From: Burkholderiaceae bacterium
Lineage (GTDB): Bacteria > Pseudomonadota > Gammaproteobacteria > Burkholderiales > Burkholderiaceae_F
Reading direction: 5' to 3'
Length of the DNA stretch: 64,000 nucleotides
Assembly: GCA_017461315.1 (NCBI GenBank)
Contig: JAFTYR010000004.1
Span: 5,397-69,396 of the forward strand
Below the pieces are notes generated by a model. It was not told the origin of the DNA. It saw only the letters and a program-made list of their open reading frames with translations, and ran no database searches. The first letter of the stretch is position 1. Each line of letters begins with the position of its first letter. Of this stretch, positions 19,041 through 29,437 are shown piece after piece. The translations under genes were made by a program, and so were the position numbers.

Positions 19041-20213
19041 ATGAAAATTCACGAGTATCAGGCCAGAGAGATTTTGTCTCGATTTGGCGTGCCGATCCCA
19101 AAAGGTATTGTTGCAAAATCTGCAGAAGAAGCGGTTCAAGCATCACAGAATTTAGGTGGTGACGTTTGGGCGGTCAAAGCACAGGTTCACGCCGGTGGAC
19201 GAGGCAAAGGGGGCGGTGTAAAAGTACTTCGCCGTCTAGATGATGTGAAGGCTTTCTCTGAGAAATTAATCGGTAGCCGCTTAGTTACTCCACAAACCGG
19301 TCCAGAAGGGGCTCCGGTTGGTTGTGTATTAGTTCAAGAGGGTGTAAATATCGTTTCAGAGTATTACGTCAGCTTTTTAGTAGATCGTGTTACTCAACAA
19401 CCATTGCTACTGGCTTCTTCTGCTGGTGGTATGGAAATCGAACGTGTTGCTGTAGAAACTCCCGAAAAAATTGTCCAAGTTCAATTTGATATTGAAATCG
19501 GTCTAACTGAAGAAAAAGCAATTACAGTTATTAACCGCCTGGGTATGCCCGATGAAGTGTTACCACAGGCTATCGAAGTTTTGATGGGACTTTGGAAAGC
19601 CTACGTCTCAATGGATTGCACATTGCTTGAGATTAACCCCCTTGTTGTGACAGCAGATAAAAGAGTGTTGCCATTAGATGTCAAAATGGTTTTTGATGAC
19701 AATGCCTTATATCGTCACCCAGAATTGGAAGTATTGCACGATCCCTTACAGGAAGATCCCACAGAATTGAGGGCACATAATTCTGGCTTGCAGTACATTC
19801 CTCTTGGCGGAAATATTGCATGTCTTGTTAATGGTGCAGGCCTTGCTATGGCCACAATGGATACGATTAAATTATTCGGTGGGGAACCTGCTAATTTCCT
19901 CGATATTGGTGGTGGAGCTAGTACGGAGAGAGTCACAGCTGCGTTCCAAATCATGGTAGAGCAACCTGAAGTTAAGGTTATCCTCGTTAATATCTTCGGT
20001 GGCATTATGAAGTGCGATGTGATCGCTGAAGGCGTGGTTCATGCTTGTCGTAATGTTAAATTGAACGTGCCTCTCATTGTCCGCATGAAAGGTACTCACG
20101 AAGATATTGGTAAAAAGATTCTTGATGATAGTGGTCTACCGATTGTGGTCGCTGAAACACTAGATGAAGCGGCTCAAAAAGCAATAGAACTAGCGAATAA
20201 AGAAGAAAAATGA
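19041..20213 (+). CDS. sucC: succinate--CoA ligase (ADP-forming) beta subunit
   Basis: 390 aa starting [18 protein letters not shown], with [10 protein letters not shown] and other SucC blocks. Confidence 0.96.
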   Translation: MKIHEYQAREILSRFGVPIPKGIVAKSAEEAVQASQNLGGDVWAVKAQVHAGGRGKGGGVKVLRRLDDVKAFSEKLIGSRLVTPQTGPEGAPVGCVLVQEGVNIVSEYYVSFLVDRVTQQPLLLASSAGGMEIERVAVETPEKIVQVQFDIEIGLTEEKAITVINRLGMPDEVLPQAIEVLMGLWKAYVSMDCTLLEINPLVVTADKRVLPLDVKMVFDDNALYRHPELEVLHDPLQEDPTELRAHNSGLQYIPLGGNIACLVNGAGLAMATMDTIKLFGGEPANFLDIGGGASTERVTAAFQIMVEQPEVKVILVNIFGGIMKCDVIAEGVVHACRNVKLNVPLIVRMKGTHEDIGKKILDDSGLPIVVAETLDEAAQKAIELANKEEK

Positions 20214-21115
20214 GTATTTTAGTTAATCGCAATAGCCGAATCATTACGCAAGGAATGACCGGTAGAACAGGGCTGTTTCATACTCGACTCTGTCGTGAGT
20301 ATGGTGCGGGTCAAGAATGCTTTGTTGCTGGAGTGAATCCAAAGAAGGCTGGAGAACTTTGTGATGGAATCCCTGTTTTCGCTACAGTCAAAGAAGCAAA
20401 AGAAAAAACAAATGCGAATGTTAGCGTTATTTACGTTCCACCGGCAGGGGCTGCGAACGCGATCATTGAAGCCTGTGATGCGGGTATTGAATTAGTCGTT
20501 TGTATTACAGAAGGGATTCCAATTTTAGATATGGTCCGAGTTCGGGAGCATATGCGTAAAACGCAGAGTAAGTCCCGTCTATTAGGTCCAAACTGTCCTG
20601 GTATTTTAGTGCCGGATGAAGTGAAAATTGGCATTATGCCTGCTCAAATTCATAAAAAAGGACGCATTGGAGTAGTTTCTCGTTCAGGTACGTTAACCTA
20701 TGAGGCCGCAGAGCAACTAACCCGATTAGGCTATGGTCAGTCAACTGTTATTGGTATCGGTGGCGATCCAATCAATGGTTTAAAACACATTGACGTGTTG
20801 CAACTCTTTAATGAAGATCCTGATACTGATGCTGTCGTCATGATTGGTGAGATTGGAGGATCTGATGAAGAACAAGCCGCTCAGTGGGTTCGGGATCATA
20901 TGAAAAAACCGGTGGTCGGTTTTATCGCTGGCGTAACTGCTCCAGCTGGAAAGCGCATGGGACATGCCGGAGCTATTATCTCCGGCGGTCAAGGTGGGGC
21001 TGAAAGTAAGTTAGCCATGCTGGAAGCATGTGGCATTCGAACCACACGAAATCCATCACAAATTGGCGAGTTGCTCAAAGAGGTCCTTGAAGCGCACAAG
21101 AACAGGGAGCAATAA
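20210..21115 (+). CDS. sucD: succinate--CoA ligase alpha subunit
   Basis: 301 aa. [19 protein letters not shown] and MGHAGAII (phosphohistidine loop). ATGA overlap with sucC. Confidence 0.96.
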   Translation: MSILVNRNSRIITQGMTGRTGLFHTRLCREYGAGQECFVAGVNPKKAGELCDGIPVFATVKEAKEKTNANVSVIYVPPAGAANAIIEACDAGIELVVCITEGIPILDMVRVREHMRKTQSKSRLLGPNCPGILVPDEVKIGIMPAQIHKKGRIGVVSRSGTLTYEAAEQLTRLGYGQSTVIGIGGDPINGLKHIDVLQLFNEDPDTDAVVMIGEIGGSDEEQAAQWVRDHMKKPVVGFIAGVTAPAGKRMGHAGAIISGGQGGAESKLAMLEACGIRTTRNPSQIGELLKEVLEAHKNREQ

Positions 21116-21117
21116 GC

Positions 21118-21828
21118 GTGGAAATGATATTAGCTTGGCTGTCCGAGATTCACTGGGCAGCGGTTTTCCAAATCATCCTAATTGATATTCTCTTAGGTGG
21201 TGACAATGCTGTTGTTATCGCTTTAGCCTGTCGAAATTTGGATCCGCATTTGAGAACCAAAGGTGTTGTTTATGGTTGTGCGGGTGCGATTGCACTTCGC
21301 GTCATTTTGATTGCGTTTGCAGTATCCATTATGCAAATACCGTTCTTAAAGTTCTGTGGTGGTGTCCTTTTACTTTGGATCGGTATTAAATTAATCGCTC
21401 CTACGCATGAAGAAGGGCAAGAAATTCATGCAAGTAAAAAGCTCTGGGGTGCGATTAAAACCATTATCGTGGCTGATTTGGTGATGTCGATTGATAATGT
21501 GATTGCGATTGCCGGTGCCGCGGAACAGGCTCCTGGACACCATCAGATGGCTTTGGTTATTTTCGGCCTTTTGGTTAGTGTTCCCTTTATTTTGGGCGGT
21601 AGTCAAATCGTATTAAAGGCGATCGATCGTTTCCCAATTATTGTCTATGCGGGTGGCATGTTGCTTGGCTGGATTGCGGGTACTTTGATGGTGGATGATC
21701 CAGGTGTATCTTCTCACTTCCCCAATATGCCCGAGATACATACTGAAGGAGGTATCGCAGGTGCCTTCTTTGTACTTATGGTGGCTCTAGCTCTGAAAAT
21801 GTGGCGAAAAAATAAACAAGCTCATTAA
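21118..21828 (+). CDS. TerC-family integral membrane protein
   Basis: 236 aa. DILLGGDNAVVIAL and LVMSIDNVIAIAG repeats typical of TerC/YjbE-like proteins. The start is GTG 21118 or ATG 21124. Confidence 0.8.
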   Translation: MEMILAWLSEIHWAAVFQIILIDILLGGDNAVVIALACRNLDPHLRTKGVVYGCAGAIALRVILIAFAVSIMQIPFLKFCGGVLLLWIGIKLIAPTHEEGQEIHASKKLWGAIKTIIVADLVMSIDNVIAIAGAAEQAPGHHQMALVIFGLLVSVPFILGGSQIVLKAIDRFPIIVYAGGMLLGWIAGTLMVDDPGVSSHFPNMPEIHTEGGIAGAFFVLMVALALKMWRKNKQAH

Positions 21829-21861
21829 GTAGAGTCAAAAAGAAATTACTTTTTTAATATG

Positions 21862-21898
21862 AAAACGCCCCGTTGGTATCAGTCATACTCACGGGGCG
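21862..21898 (-). terminator. intrinsic terminator after mnmA (hairpin shared with the convergent TerC gene)
   Basis: 8-bp stem CGCCCCGT/ACGGGGCG. On the minus strand it is followed by TTTTCAT. Confidence 0.65.
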
Positions 21899-21924
21899 AA
21901 TACTTATTGAGTTGTGGTCTTTAT

Positions 21925-22998
21925 CTATTTGATAATAGCGCCACCTAAACAGATATCTTGGTCATAAAGGACTGCGCTTTGACCTGGAGTTACGGCCCAA
22001 AGAATATCGGAGCTTTGAATCTTTAAGCAATTTTGGTCTGCAACAAGAATTTCAGCTGGAACATCAGGCATACGGTAACGTGTCTTAATCGAAATATTCT
22101 TTTGTTGAGGTGCGACTCCAGCAACCCAACTCGGCTTGGTTCCGGTTAATTGATGAGAGGTCAACCATGGATGATCATGTCCTTGCACCACATAAAGAGT
22201 ATTGTTTGGAATATCTTTTCGAGCCACAAACCACGGTTCACCATTTCCTTCTTTACTGCCACCAATTCCAATGCCCTTGCGTTGTCCTAATGTGTAGAAG
22301 GATAAACCAATATGTTCTCCAATGAGACGGCCTTCAGGCGTTTTGATTGGGCCGGGTTTGTTGGCAATATAACGATTTAAGAATTCTCTAAAAGGACGCT
22401 CCCCAATAAAGCAAATTCCGGTACTGTCTTTCTTTTTTGCATTAGGAAGGCCAATTTCTTCAGCAATTCTTCTGACTTCCGTTTTGTGGAGTTCACCAAC
22501 AGGGAACATCGCTTTAGATAGCTGTGCCTGATTAAGGCGATGTAAGAAATAGCTTTGATCTTTATTGGGATCAAGACCTTTTAATAGTTGAAAGCCTTGA
22601 TCGGTTTCTCTAACTCGTGCGTAGTGACCTGTTGCAATTTGCTCGGCTCCGAGTCGAATCGCATGGTCTAAGAATGCTTTAAACTTAATTTCCGAATTAC
22701 AAAGAACGTCTGGATTAGGTGTGCGTCCTGCACGATACTCGCTTAAAAATTCAGAAAAAACTCGCTCTTTGTATTCCTTGGCGAAATTGACTGCTTCAAT
22801 ATCAATGTCAATTACATCAGCTACCGCTGTGGCATCAATTAAATCCTGACGGGAAGAACAATATTCGCTATCGTCATCATCTTCCCAATTTTTCATAAAT
22901 AAACCGATAACTTCATAGCCTTGTTGCTTGAGCAAATAGGCACTGACTGCGGAGTCGACACCTCCTGATAGCCCAACGACCACAGTTTTTTTTGACAA
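21925..22998 (-). CDS. mnmA: tRNA-specific 2-thiouridylase
   Basis: 357 aa. PP-loop [13 protein letters not shown] and a catalytic Cys region. TTG start preceded by AGGAGAG. Confidence 0.94.
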   Translation of the reverse strand: MSKKTVVVGLSGGVDSAVSAYLLKQQGYEVIGLFMKNWEDDDDSEYCSSRQDLIDATAVADVIDIDIEAVNFAKEYKERVFSEFLSEYRAGRTPNPDVLCNSEIKFKAFLDHAIRLGAEQIATGHYARVRETDQGFQLLKGLDPNKDQSYFLHRLNQAQLSKAMFPVGELHKTEVRRIAEEIGLPNAKKKDSTGICFIGERPFREFLNRYIANKPGPIKTPEGRLIGEHIGLSFYTLGQRKGIGIGGSKEGNGEPWFVARKDIPNNTLYVVQGHDHPWLTSHQLTGTKPSWVAGVAPQQKNISIKTRYRMPDVPAEILVADQNCLKIQSSDILWAVTPGQSAVLYDQDICLGGAIIK

Positions 22999-23067
22999 TT
23001 AATCTCTCCTAGAGTGATTTTGATTTGATGGCTTCTATTGTACATAAGCCAAAGTGCATCGTTGTTT

Positions 23068-23511
23068 TTACTCGTTTTCTTGTTTTAAAAATAGTTTTTT
23101 CCAACGAATAAAATCTAAGATGGTTTCTAATGTACAAGGTCCTCTTAATTGATCCTGTTTTTGAAGAATTTCTTTTAAGCTGAGCCAATGTCGTGCAATG
23201 ATTTCAGGAGAGTGACGTTCAAAAGGAAATTCTTCAGTAATTTCAGCGATAAATGCATGTCGTTGATAATGGCGAACGAGACCGGGTTCGGAGTGTTTTC
23301 CCACTTTTTTATAAATTCCCAATAATTGAATGGGTTGGATTTCAACACAAGCTTCTTCTCGAGTCTCTCTTATTAGAGCTTCGATGATGGTCTCACCTTT
23401 TTCGACGTGACCTGCGGGTTGATTGAAGCGAATTCCTTGAACTGTTTGTTCTTCAATCATTAAAAAACGACCGTTCTTGTAGATGACTGAGGCGACTGTG
23501 TCAACACTCAT
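23068..23511 (-). CDS. NUDIX hydrolase
   Basis: 147 aa. Nudix box GHVEKGETIIEALIRETREEACV. Confidence 0.85.
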   Translation of the reverse strand: MSVDTVASVIYKNGRFLMIEEQTVQGIRFNQPAGHVEKGETIIEALIRETREEACVEIQPIQLLGIYKKVGKHSEPGLVRHYQRHAFIAEITEEFPFERHSPEIIARHWLSLKEILQKQDQLRGPCTLETILDFIRWKKLFLKQENE

Positions 23512-23570
23512 TACGTTTATCTCCTAACTTTTAAGAAATATTTTATGCTAGTGTGTTTAAAAAAACATAC

Positions 23571-24638
23571 ATGGAATCGAATATGTCAAAAATGAATCCT
23601 AAGGCTCATTTTTTATTAAGAACTTTCGGTATTACAAAACCAATCTTTGCAATGCCATCAACGCTGACGGCAACTGTGAAACAAGTTGCTGAAGCGTGTA
23701 ATGCTGGAGCTTTAGGTGTGTTTCCGGCAGGGTACTTGACTGCTGATGAAATTGAAAAAGTAATCGTTTCAATTCGACAGTTAACTGATAAACCGTTCGC
23801 ATTACAGATTTTTCCGGAACAACCCGTTCAGTATGACGATAAAACGCTACAAGTTTTAGATAAAGCGTTATCTTCGGTGCGAGAACATTACGGTATTAGT
23901 CCTCAAAGGCCATTAGTACCGATTGATTTCGAAAAGCAATTTGAAGCAATTTTAGATTTGAATGTGCCGGTTGTTGGCTTGATGTTAGGTGGACTTAGAG
24001 AACCCTATATGGAGGCATTAGAAGCCAAAGGGATTAAGACTTTTGGCGTTACTTCAAATCTAAAGGATGCAAAAGTTCTTCGCGCTAGTGGTGTAAATGC
24101 AGTTTTAGCTCACGGTTGGGATGGTCCTGGTCTTGTTTCTCATAACGAAACAGAAGCGAATCGAGCTTTTGTGGGTGCGATGACATTAATAGAAGAATGT
24201 GTTCGTGCGATTCAAGTACCAGTATTAGCTGGAGGTTCCATGATGTCTCAAGGAGCCGTTAAGGTGGCTAAAACATTGGGAGCTGCGGGGCTTGTGTTAA
24301 CCGATGCACTCTTAGCCGCGGAAGAATCTGCCCTTCCTAAAGAATGGATATCCGCTTTAGCTTATATGACAGATGGTTCTTCTCAGGTCTCTAATTCTAT
24401 TTTTGGACGAAATGCGCGAGTACTGTGGACTGGATTATGTGCTGAGATGCAACAAGCTGGTTTACCATCGTTGCCATTTCCTTATCAGTGGTTAGCGTTA
24501 GAGGATATTTTCCGAGCTGCGATGCAGGGCGATATCATCGAAGACTGTCCATTGGAATTCGGACAAATGGGTTACTTGCTAACGGCAGATAAAACCCAGG
24601 ATATTATCGATCGATTCTGTCAATGGTATGAGGAATAA
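23571..24638 (+). CDS. nitronate monooxygenase / FabK-like FMN oxidoreductase family protein
   Basis: About 355 aa TIM-barrel NMO-like protein (ITKPIFAMPS..., AGGSMMSQGAV). The start is uncertain (GTG 23553, ATG 23571 or ATG 23583). Confidence 0.7.
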   Translation: MESNMSKMNPKAHFLLRTFGITKPIFAMPSTLTATVKQVAEACNAGALGVFPAGYLTADEIEKVIVSIRQLTDKPFALQIFPEQPVQYDDKTLQVLDKALSSVREHYGISPQRPLVPIDFEKQFEAILDLNVPVVGLMLGGLREPYMEALEAKGIKTFGVTSNLKDAKVLRASGVNAVLAHGWDGPGLVSHNETEANRAFVGAMTLIEECVRAIQVPVLAGGSMMSQGAVKVAKTLGAAGLVLTDALLAAEESALPKEWISALAYMTDGSSQVSNSIFGRNARVLWTGLCAEMQQAGLPSLPFPYQWLALEDIFRAAMQGDIIEDCPLEFGQMGYLLTADKTQDIIDRFCQWYEE

Positions 24639-24639
24639 A

Positions 24640-25269
24640 ATGAATTTAAATCAGTGTCTTATCATTGTTGATGTACAAAATGATTTCCTTAGTCATGGTG
24701 CATTAGCGGTTCCGAATGGAGAAGAAGTTATTGCTCCTATTAATGATATCGTGGATTTGTTTGATACGGTGGTATATACACAGGATTGGCATCCTGAAAA
24801 TCATATTTCTTTTGCTAGCAATCATTCAGATCGAAAGATTTTAGATGTCATTGAATTAGATTACGGGACACAAGTTTTATGGCCAAATCATTGTGTTGAG
24901 AATACAAAAGGCGCAGAGCTTGCCTCAAACCTTAAAATTGCCTCTAAGGCTCATTTCGTAAAAAAGGGAATTCATTCTCAAATTGATAGCTATTCTGGTT
25001 TTTTAGAGGCAGATCGCAAAACATCAACAGGATTAGCTGAATGGCTTAAAGCTAGAGGCATTAAGCAAGTATTTATTTGTGGTTTAGCAACGGACTTTTG
25101 TGTCTCATGGACTGCGTTAGATGCTAAAAATTTAGGATTTGACGTGCTTGTTATTGAAGATGCTTGTCGTGGCCTTGATATCAATGATTCGATTAAACAA
25201 GAAAAACTGAAGTGGCAAGCAAATGGAATTAAAGTAACAAGCACCGAAAAGCTCCCTCACATTGCATAA
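24640..25269 (+). CDS. pncA: nicotinamidase/pyrazinamidase (isochorismatase family)
   Basis: LIIVDVQNDF, WPNHCV and the catalytic Cys in ICGLATDFCV. GAGGA SD 5 nt before ATG 24640. Confidence 0.88.
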   Translation: MNLNQCLIIVDVQNDFLSHGALAVPNGEEVIAPINDIVDLFDTVVYTQDWHPENHISFASNHSDRKILDVIELDYGTQVLWPNHCVENTKGAELASNLKIASKAHFVKKGIHSQIDSYSGFLEADRKTSTGLAEWLKARGIKQVFICGLATDFCVSWTALDAKNLGFDVLVIEDACRGLDINDSIKQEKLKWQANGIKVTSTEKLPHIA

Positions 25270-25329
25270 CAGAATTATGAAATGCGAAGGAGTGTCTATG
25301 AATTTAATGAAGCTCATTTGACGAAGTCA

Positions 25330-26055
25330 TCAGAACCATAATGCGATAAACGGGGTTAATAATGGCGCTAAAAATGCGGTTGTTAAACCCGTTAATCCTA
25401 TAGCTAGGCTTGCATAAGCACCGGCTTCGTCGTTGTATTGAAATGCTCTCGAGGTTCCAATACCATGAGATGCTAAACCTAAAGCAAAGCCTTTTGAAGC
25501 ATTATCCGTAATACGTAGAACAGAATAAACAAATCCGGATAAAACAGCTCCTAAGACACCCGTAATTACAACTAGAGAAGCCGATAATTCAGGTATTCCT
25601 CCCAACTTTTCTGTGATTGACATCGCAATTGGTGTTGTAACACTCTTGGGCGCCAAACTAACGAGCGTTTCATATGAGCCACCAAAGAGTCCAGCAATAA
25701 TCATGGCTGAAGCTAGAGCTACGATACTGCCACTAGTAAGTCCAAGCAAAATAGGAAGCCAGTTTTTCGCTAATTGTTTTCTAAGATCGAAAAGCGGAAT
25801 GGCCAATGCAACGGTTGTTGGTCCTAGTAAAAAATGAATAAATTGGGCACCATCAAAGTAAGTTTGATAGGGTGTCTTTGTCAGAGTGAGCAAAACAATC
25901 AAAAAAATGATGGATAGAGCTACTGGATTACAAAGTGAATTTTGTTTTGAAAATTGGTGAATTCTTTGAGCTAGGACATAAGCTAGAAGTGTGATGGCCA
26001 GCCAAAAAACGGGGTAACTTGTTAAGAAAGCTCCAATATCGCTTAATTTAGTCAT
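25330..26055 (-). CDS. lrgB: LrgB-family membrane protein
   Basis: 241 aa, polytopic. PKSVTTPIAM block typical of LrgB/CidB. Abuts the lrgA stop. Confidence 0.88.
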   Translation of the reverse strand: MTKLSDIGAFLTSYPVFWLAITLLAYVLAQRIHQFSKQNSLCNPVALSIIFLIVLLTLTKTPYQTYFDGAQFIHFLLGPTTVALAIPLFDLRKQLAKNWLPILLGLTSGSIVALASAMIIAGLFGGSYETLVSLAPKSVTTPIAMSITEKLGGIPELSASLVVITGVLGAVLSGFVYSVLRITDNASKGFALGLASHGIGTSRAFQYNDEAGAYASLAIGLTGLTTAFLAPLLTPFIALWF

Positions 26056-26526
26056 TTAGTGATCTCCTTGTCTTTCAAGGAGTTTTTTCTGTCGTTTCTT
26101 TTCTAACCAGTGAGAACTGTATTTAATCACTAAAGCGGTTGTAGCAATTGCCAATAGGGTTGAAATAACCAGAGATGAACAAATCGCAATCCATTCATGT
26201 TGAATACGATCTAAATGAAGCATTACTCCAACACCGGCAGGTACAAAAAAAATAGCTAAATATGAAATTAGTAGCAAGGAGATGGGACGAACATATTTTG
26301 CAAGATTTTCATTACAAATAAGTGTTGTTAGTAGTAAAAACATACCGATGACAGTACCCGGAATTGGTAAAGAAAAGTAGCGTTCGAGCACATTACCTGC
26401 GATCTGAAAGGCGAGCAGTAGCGTAAATCCAAAGATCATAATGACAATCAATAGATAACAAAAGAAGAATCTTATTCCAAGAATCTCTACATAAGATAAA
26501 AAACAAATTTTATTTTTAATTCGCAA
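26056..26526 (-). CDS. lrgA: CidA/LrgA-family holin-like membrane protein
   Basis: LPIPGTVIGMFLLL motif. The start is uncertain: TTG 26526 gives 156 aa and internal ATG 26439 gives 127 aa. Confidence 0.8.
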   Translation of the reverse strand: MRIKNKICFLSYVEILGIRFFFCYLLIVIMIFGFTLLLAFQIAGNVLERYFSLPIPGTVIGMFLLLTTLICNENLAKYVRPISLLLISYLAIFFVPAGVGVMLHLDRIQHEWIAICSSLVISTLLAIATTALVIKYSSHWLEKKRQKKLLERQGDH

Positions 26527-26619
26527 CTAAAGGAAAGATATAGAAAATCATTTAAAGTAAAAATTGGTGATTAAAATAAAAATTGTGTGTGTTTTTTTAA
26601 CGAATCTGGAGATCTGTCA

Positions 26620-27750
26620 GTGTCTACTCAACCAACTTCTATATTGGAATCTTATCTTGAAGATCTAGCATCACTCGTTAACTTTGATTGTGGAACCGAA
26701 AATCCGGATGGCGTAACCCGGGCTGCGGGGATCATGAAGGAACACTTTGATTCGATTGGCTTTAAAACAGAAATCATCGATTTTGGGCCAGCGGTTGGTA
26801 ATGGTCTTTTAGCCACGAATAAACCAGGTGCATCTCGTTATGACGTGCTGTTAAATGCGCACCTTGATACGGTTTTTCCGGATGGAACTGCAGCGACCCG
26901 TCCGTTAACCATCAAAGGCGATCGGGCTTATGGTCCTGGATGCGCAGACTGTAAGGGCGGTGTTTTAGCGATTTACTATGCCCTAAAGGCTGCTCGTAAA
27001 GAAGATTTAGATCGACTATCCATTGCGGTTGCCTACAATCCAGACGAAGAAACAGGGTCAAGACACTCTCAGAAGTGGCTTTCTGAATTGTCTTCAAAGG
27101 CAGATCGTGTTTTGATTTTTGAACCGGCCCGTGCTAATGGTGAGTTGGTTCGTTCTCGTAAAGGAGCGGCCCGTCTTAAGATCAATTTTCACGGACAGTC
27201 TTCTCATGCAGGGAATGCACCCTACAAAGGGGCTAATGCCAACTTGGCTGCGATCCGATTCGCCTCGGCCGCTGCGGGGCTCGCTGATGTAGAACGCGGT
27301 ACAACCGTGAACCCAGGATTGATTCACGGCGGTGAAGCAGCGAATATCATTTCCAGTCACTGTGAAGTCGTTTTAGATTTACGGTATTGGAATAATGTTG
27401 ATTGGAAATTATTGACTACTGAAATTGAAAAACTTGCGCAACAAACGTGGGCACCTCGTGTTACCCAGGAGTATGTGTGGTTAACCAATGATCCGGCTAT
27501 GCCTTATTCGGAATCCAGTAAAGTTTTAGTCGATCAGGTAACGGAGGCCGCTCGACTCGAAGGTTTTGAAGTGAAATGGTTAGACGTTGGTGGAGCTTCA
27601 GACGGCAACCTCATGGCTGAACACGGTACTTTGGTTGTTGATGGTTGTGGACCCGCAGGGGGTGACTATCATTCCGATAAGGAATTCTTACGTTTAGATA
27701 CGGTAGAGGAGAGAATCCGCATGGTTAGCCGTTTTCTGACACTTATTTAG
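26620..27750 (+). CDS. M20-family metallopeptidase (carboxypeptidase G2 / glutamate carboxypeptidase-like)
   Basis: HLDTVFP, NPDEETGS and SHAG blocks. GTG 26620 is preferred because GGAG lies 9 nt upstream; the ORF is open from 26587. Confidence 0.8.
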   Translation: MSTQPTSILESYLEDLASLVNFDCGTENPDGVTRAAGIMKEHFDSIGFKTEIIDFGPAVGNGLLATNKPGASRYDVLLNAHLDTVFPDGTAATRPLTIKGDRAYGPGCADCKGGVLAIYYALKAARKEDLDRLSIAVAYNPDEETGSRHSQKWLSELSSKADRVLIFEPARANGELVRSRKGAARLKINFHGQSSHAGNAPYKGANANLAAIRFASAAAGLADVERGTTVNPGLIHGGEAANIISSHCEVVLDLRYWNNVDWKLLTTEIEKLAQQTWAPRVTQEYVWLTNDPAMPYSESSKVLVDQVTEAARLEGFEVKWLDVGGASDGNLMAEHGTLVVDGCGPAGGDYHSDKEFLRLDTVEERIRMVSRFLTLI

Positions 27751-27906
27751 TGAAATCTCAGGATAGATGAGCCATTATTGGATTTTTTTGTAAAAAAGCA
27801 AGGGAAATTACTGAAAAATTTGTTGCTCAATACTGAAAATTGGTTAGTAGTAGAAATTACAATAGACTCCGAAGTATTTTTTGTAACTTTAATTTAAATT
27901 TTTATC

Positions 27907-28578
27907 ATGACTGATACAACCGTTAACAATACGGAACAGCATGCTGAAAAAGTGGGCGTAGGTGCATACGTTGCGTTTGCATTCGCTATCTGCTTTTTCT
28001 CAGGTGTGTTCTATAAGATGCCAGAAGCTTACAAGTGGCTTGGCGCTTTAGACTTTACAACTTTGATCGGTAAGTTTGGTACGATGGCTGGAACTAAGGC
28101 TAACTTCGTTGGTTCTGGTGGTTTGAGTGCTCGTGCTGGTTTCTTATTTTCCTTGTCCCTATTCCCAGGCGTTATGCTTGCAATGGGATTGATTGAAGTT
28201 TTGGCTCACTACGGTGCTCTTCGTGCTGCTCAGCAGTTGATGACTCCGATTCTCAAGCCAGTTTTAGGTATTCCTGGTATCACTAGTTTGGCTTTGGTTA
28301 CCGACCTTCAGAGTACTGACGGTGGTGCCGCTTTAACCCGTGCTCTTTGGGATGAAGGTAAGATTACTAGGAAGAATCTTATCGTGATCGCTGCTTGGCA
28401 GTATGCCGGTGCTGGTTGTATTGCTAACTATTATTCCACTGTTTCCGCACTTTTCTTTGCATTCCTTTGCCCAGTGTGGGTTCCAGTTATCATTATTCTT
28501 AGCTTGAAGTTTGTAGGCGGTGCCTTTATCCGCTTCATCCTCAGTACGCTTTACAGAAAGGATTTTGCAAATGAGTAA
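27907..28578 (+). CDS. YjiH-like nucleoside-recognition (GATE) domain membrane protein
   Basis: 223 aa polytopic protein. Its size and its pairing with a smaller YjiG-like partner match the E. coli yjiH/yjiG arrangement as I recall it. Confidence 0.6.
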   Translation: MTDTTVNNTEQHAEKVGVGAYVAFAFAICFFSGVFYKMPEAYKWLGALDFTTLIGKFGTMAGTKANFVGSGGLSARAGFLFSLSLFPGVMLAMGLIEVLAHYGALRAAQQLMTPILKPVLGIPGITSLALVTDLQSTDGGAALTRALWDEGKITRKNLIVIAAWQYAGAGCIANYYSTVSALFFAFLCPVWVPVIIILSLKFVGGAFIRFILSTLYRKDFANE

Positions 28579-29053
28579 CGCACCGACTAAAACAACTTCT
28601 AAGAATCCATTCGATATCTTTATCGTGGGTTTACGTAAAGGTTTTGGTATCGGCTGTAACAGCCTTTTGCCAAACGTTTTGATGGCTTTCGTTCTTACCT
28701 ACATCCTTCAACTTTTCGGTGTTATGGATTTCTTAGGTAAGTACTGTGGTGGTGCTATGGCTCCATTCGGTCTTCCAGGTGAAGCGATCACTGCTTTGTT
28801 AGCTACATGGCTTTCTTGTGGTGCTGGTGTTGGCGTTGCTGCGAGCTTGGCTGCTAGCGGTACCTTAGACGGCACGCACTTAACTATCATGGCTCCGGCA
28901 TTCATTTTGATGGCTTCTCAGATTCAGTACATGGGTCGTCTCTTGGGTGTTGCTGATGTGCCGAAGAAGTACTGGCCAGTTTTGATGTTCAATAGCGTAT
29001 TGATGGCCTTAATCGGTATGATCCTGATGCGCATGTATTTAGGTGCATCATAA
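28571..29053 (+). CDS. YjiG/SpmB-like nucleoside-recognition (GATE) domain membrane protein
   Basis: 160 aa polytopic protein. Its ATG lies within ATGAGTAA, overlapping the upstream stop by 8 nt. Confidence 0.6.
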   Translation: MSNAPTKTTSKNPFDIFIVGLRKGFGIGCNSLLPNVLMAFVLTYILQLFGVMDFLGKYCGGAMAPFGLPGEAITALLATWLSCGAGVGVAASLAASGTLDGTHLTIMAPAFILMASQIQYMGRLLGVADVPKKYWPVLMFNSVLMALIGMILMRMYLGAS

Positions 29054-29079
29054 TTCTGTTAACTTAATAACAGAGAAAG

Positions 29080-29117
29080 GCGGAGGTTCGAGGAAGAATT
29101 CTCCGCTTTATTTTTTT
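29080..29117 (+). terminator. intrinsic terminator after the YjiG-like gene
   Basis: Stem GCGGAG/CTCCGC with a 15-nt loop, then TTTATTTTTTT. Confidence 0.6.
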
Positions 29118-29127
29118 GCAGGAAGCT

Positions 29128-29346
29128 ATGACTGAAAAACAATTACAAATTGGCACTAGTGAATTTATCCGTTTAGGCGATGCACTGAAGGCCGCTGATA
29201 TCGTGTCTACCGGTGGGCAGGCAAAAATGTTGGTACAAAGTGGTCAGGTTTACGTTGATGGTAAACCGTGTACCCAACGAGGTACGAAACTTCGATGTGG
29301 GCAGTCCTTTATGGCAATGTCAGTTCTCGTGAAAATTTCAGCCTAA
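29128..29346 (+). CDS. S4-domain RNA-binding protein, YbcJ family
   Basis: 72 aa. LGDALKAADIVSTGGQAKMLVQSGQVYVDGKPCTQRGTKL resembles YbcJ. AGGA lies 4-5 nt upstream of ATG 29128. Confidence 0.75.
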   Translation: MTEKQLQIGTSEFIRLGDALKAADIVSTGGQAKMLVQSGQVYVDGKPCTQRGTKLRCGQSFMAMSVLVKISA

Positions 29347-29350
29347 CTCT

Positions 29351-29392
29351 AAAAAAGCGAAAGCCCTGTTATAGATCGTAAACAGGGCTTTA
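29351..29392. terminator. bidirectional hairpin terminator between ybcJ-like and infA
   Basis: 11-bp stem AAAGCCCTGTT/AACAGGGCTTT with an A-tract upstream, which reads as a T-tract on the minus strand. Confidence 0.75.
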
Positions 29393-29437
29393 CAGTTAAA
29401 CATCTTGATCTAGTTTTACTAGAAAAAGTGTTTAATG

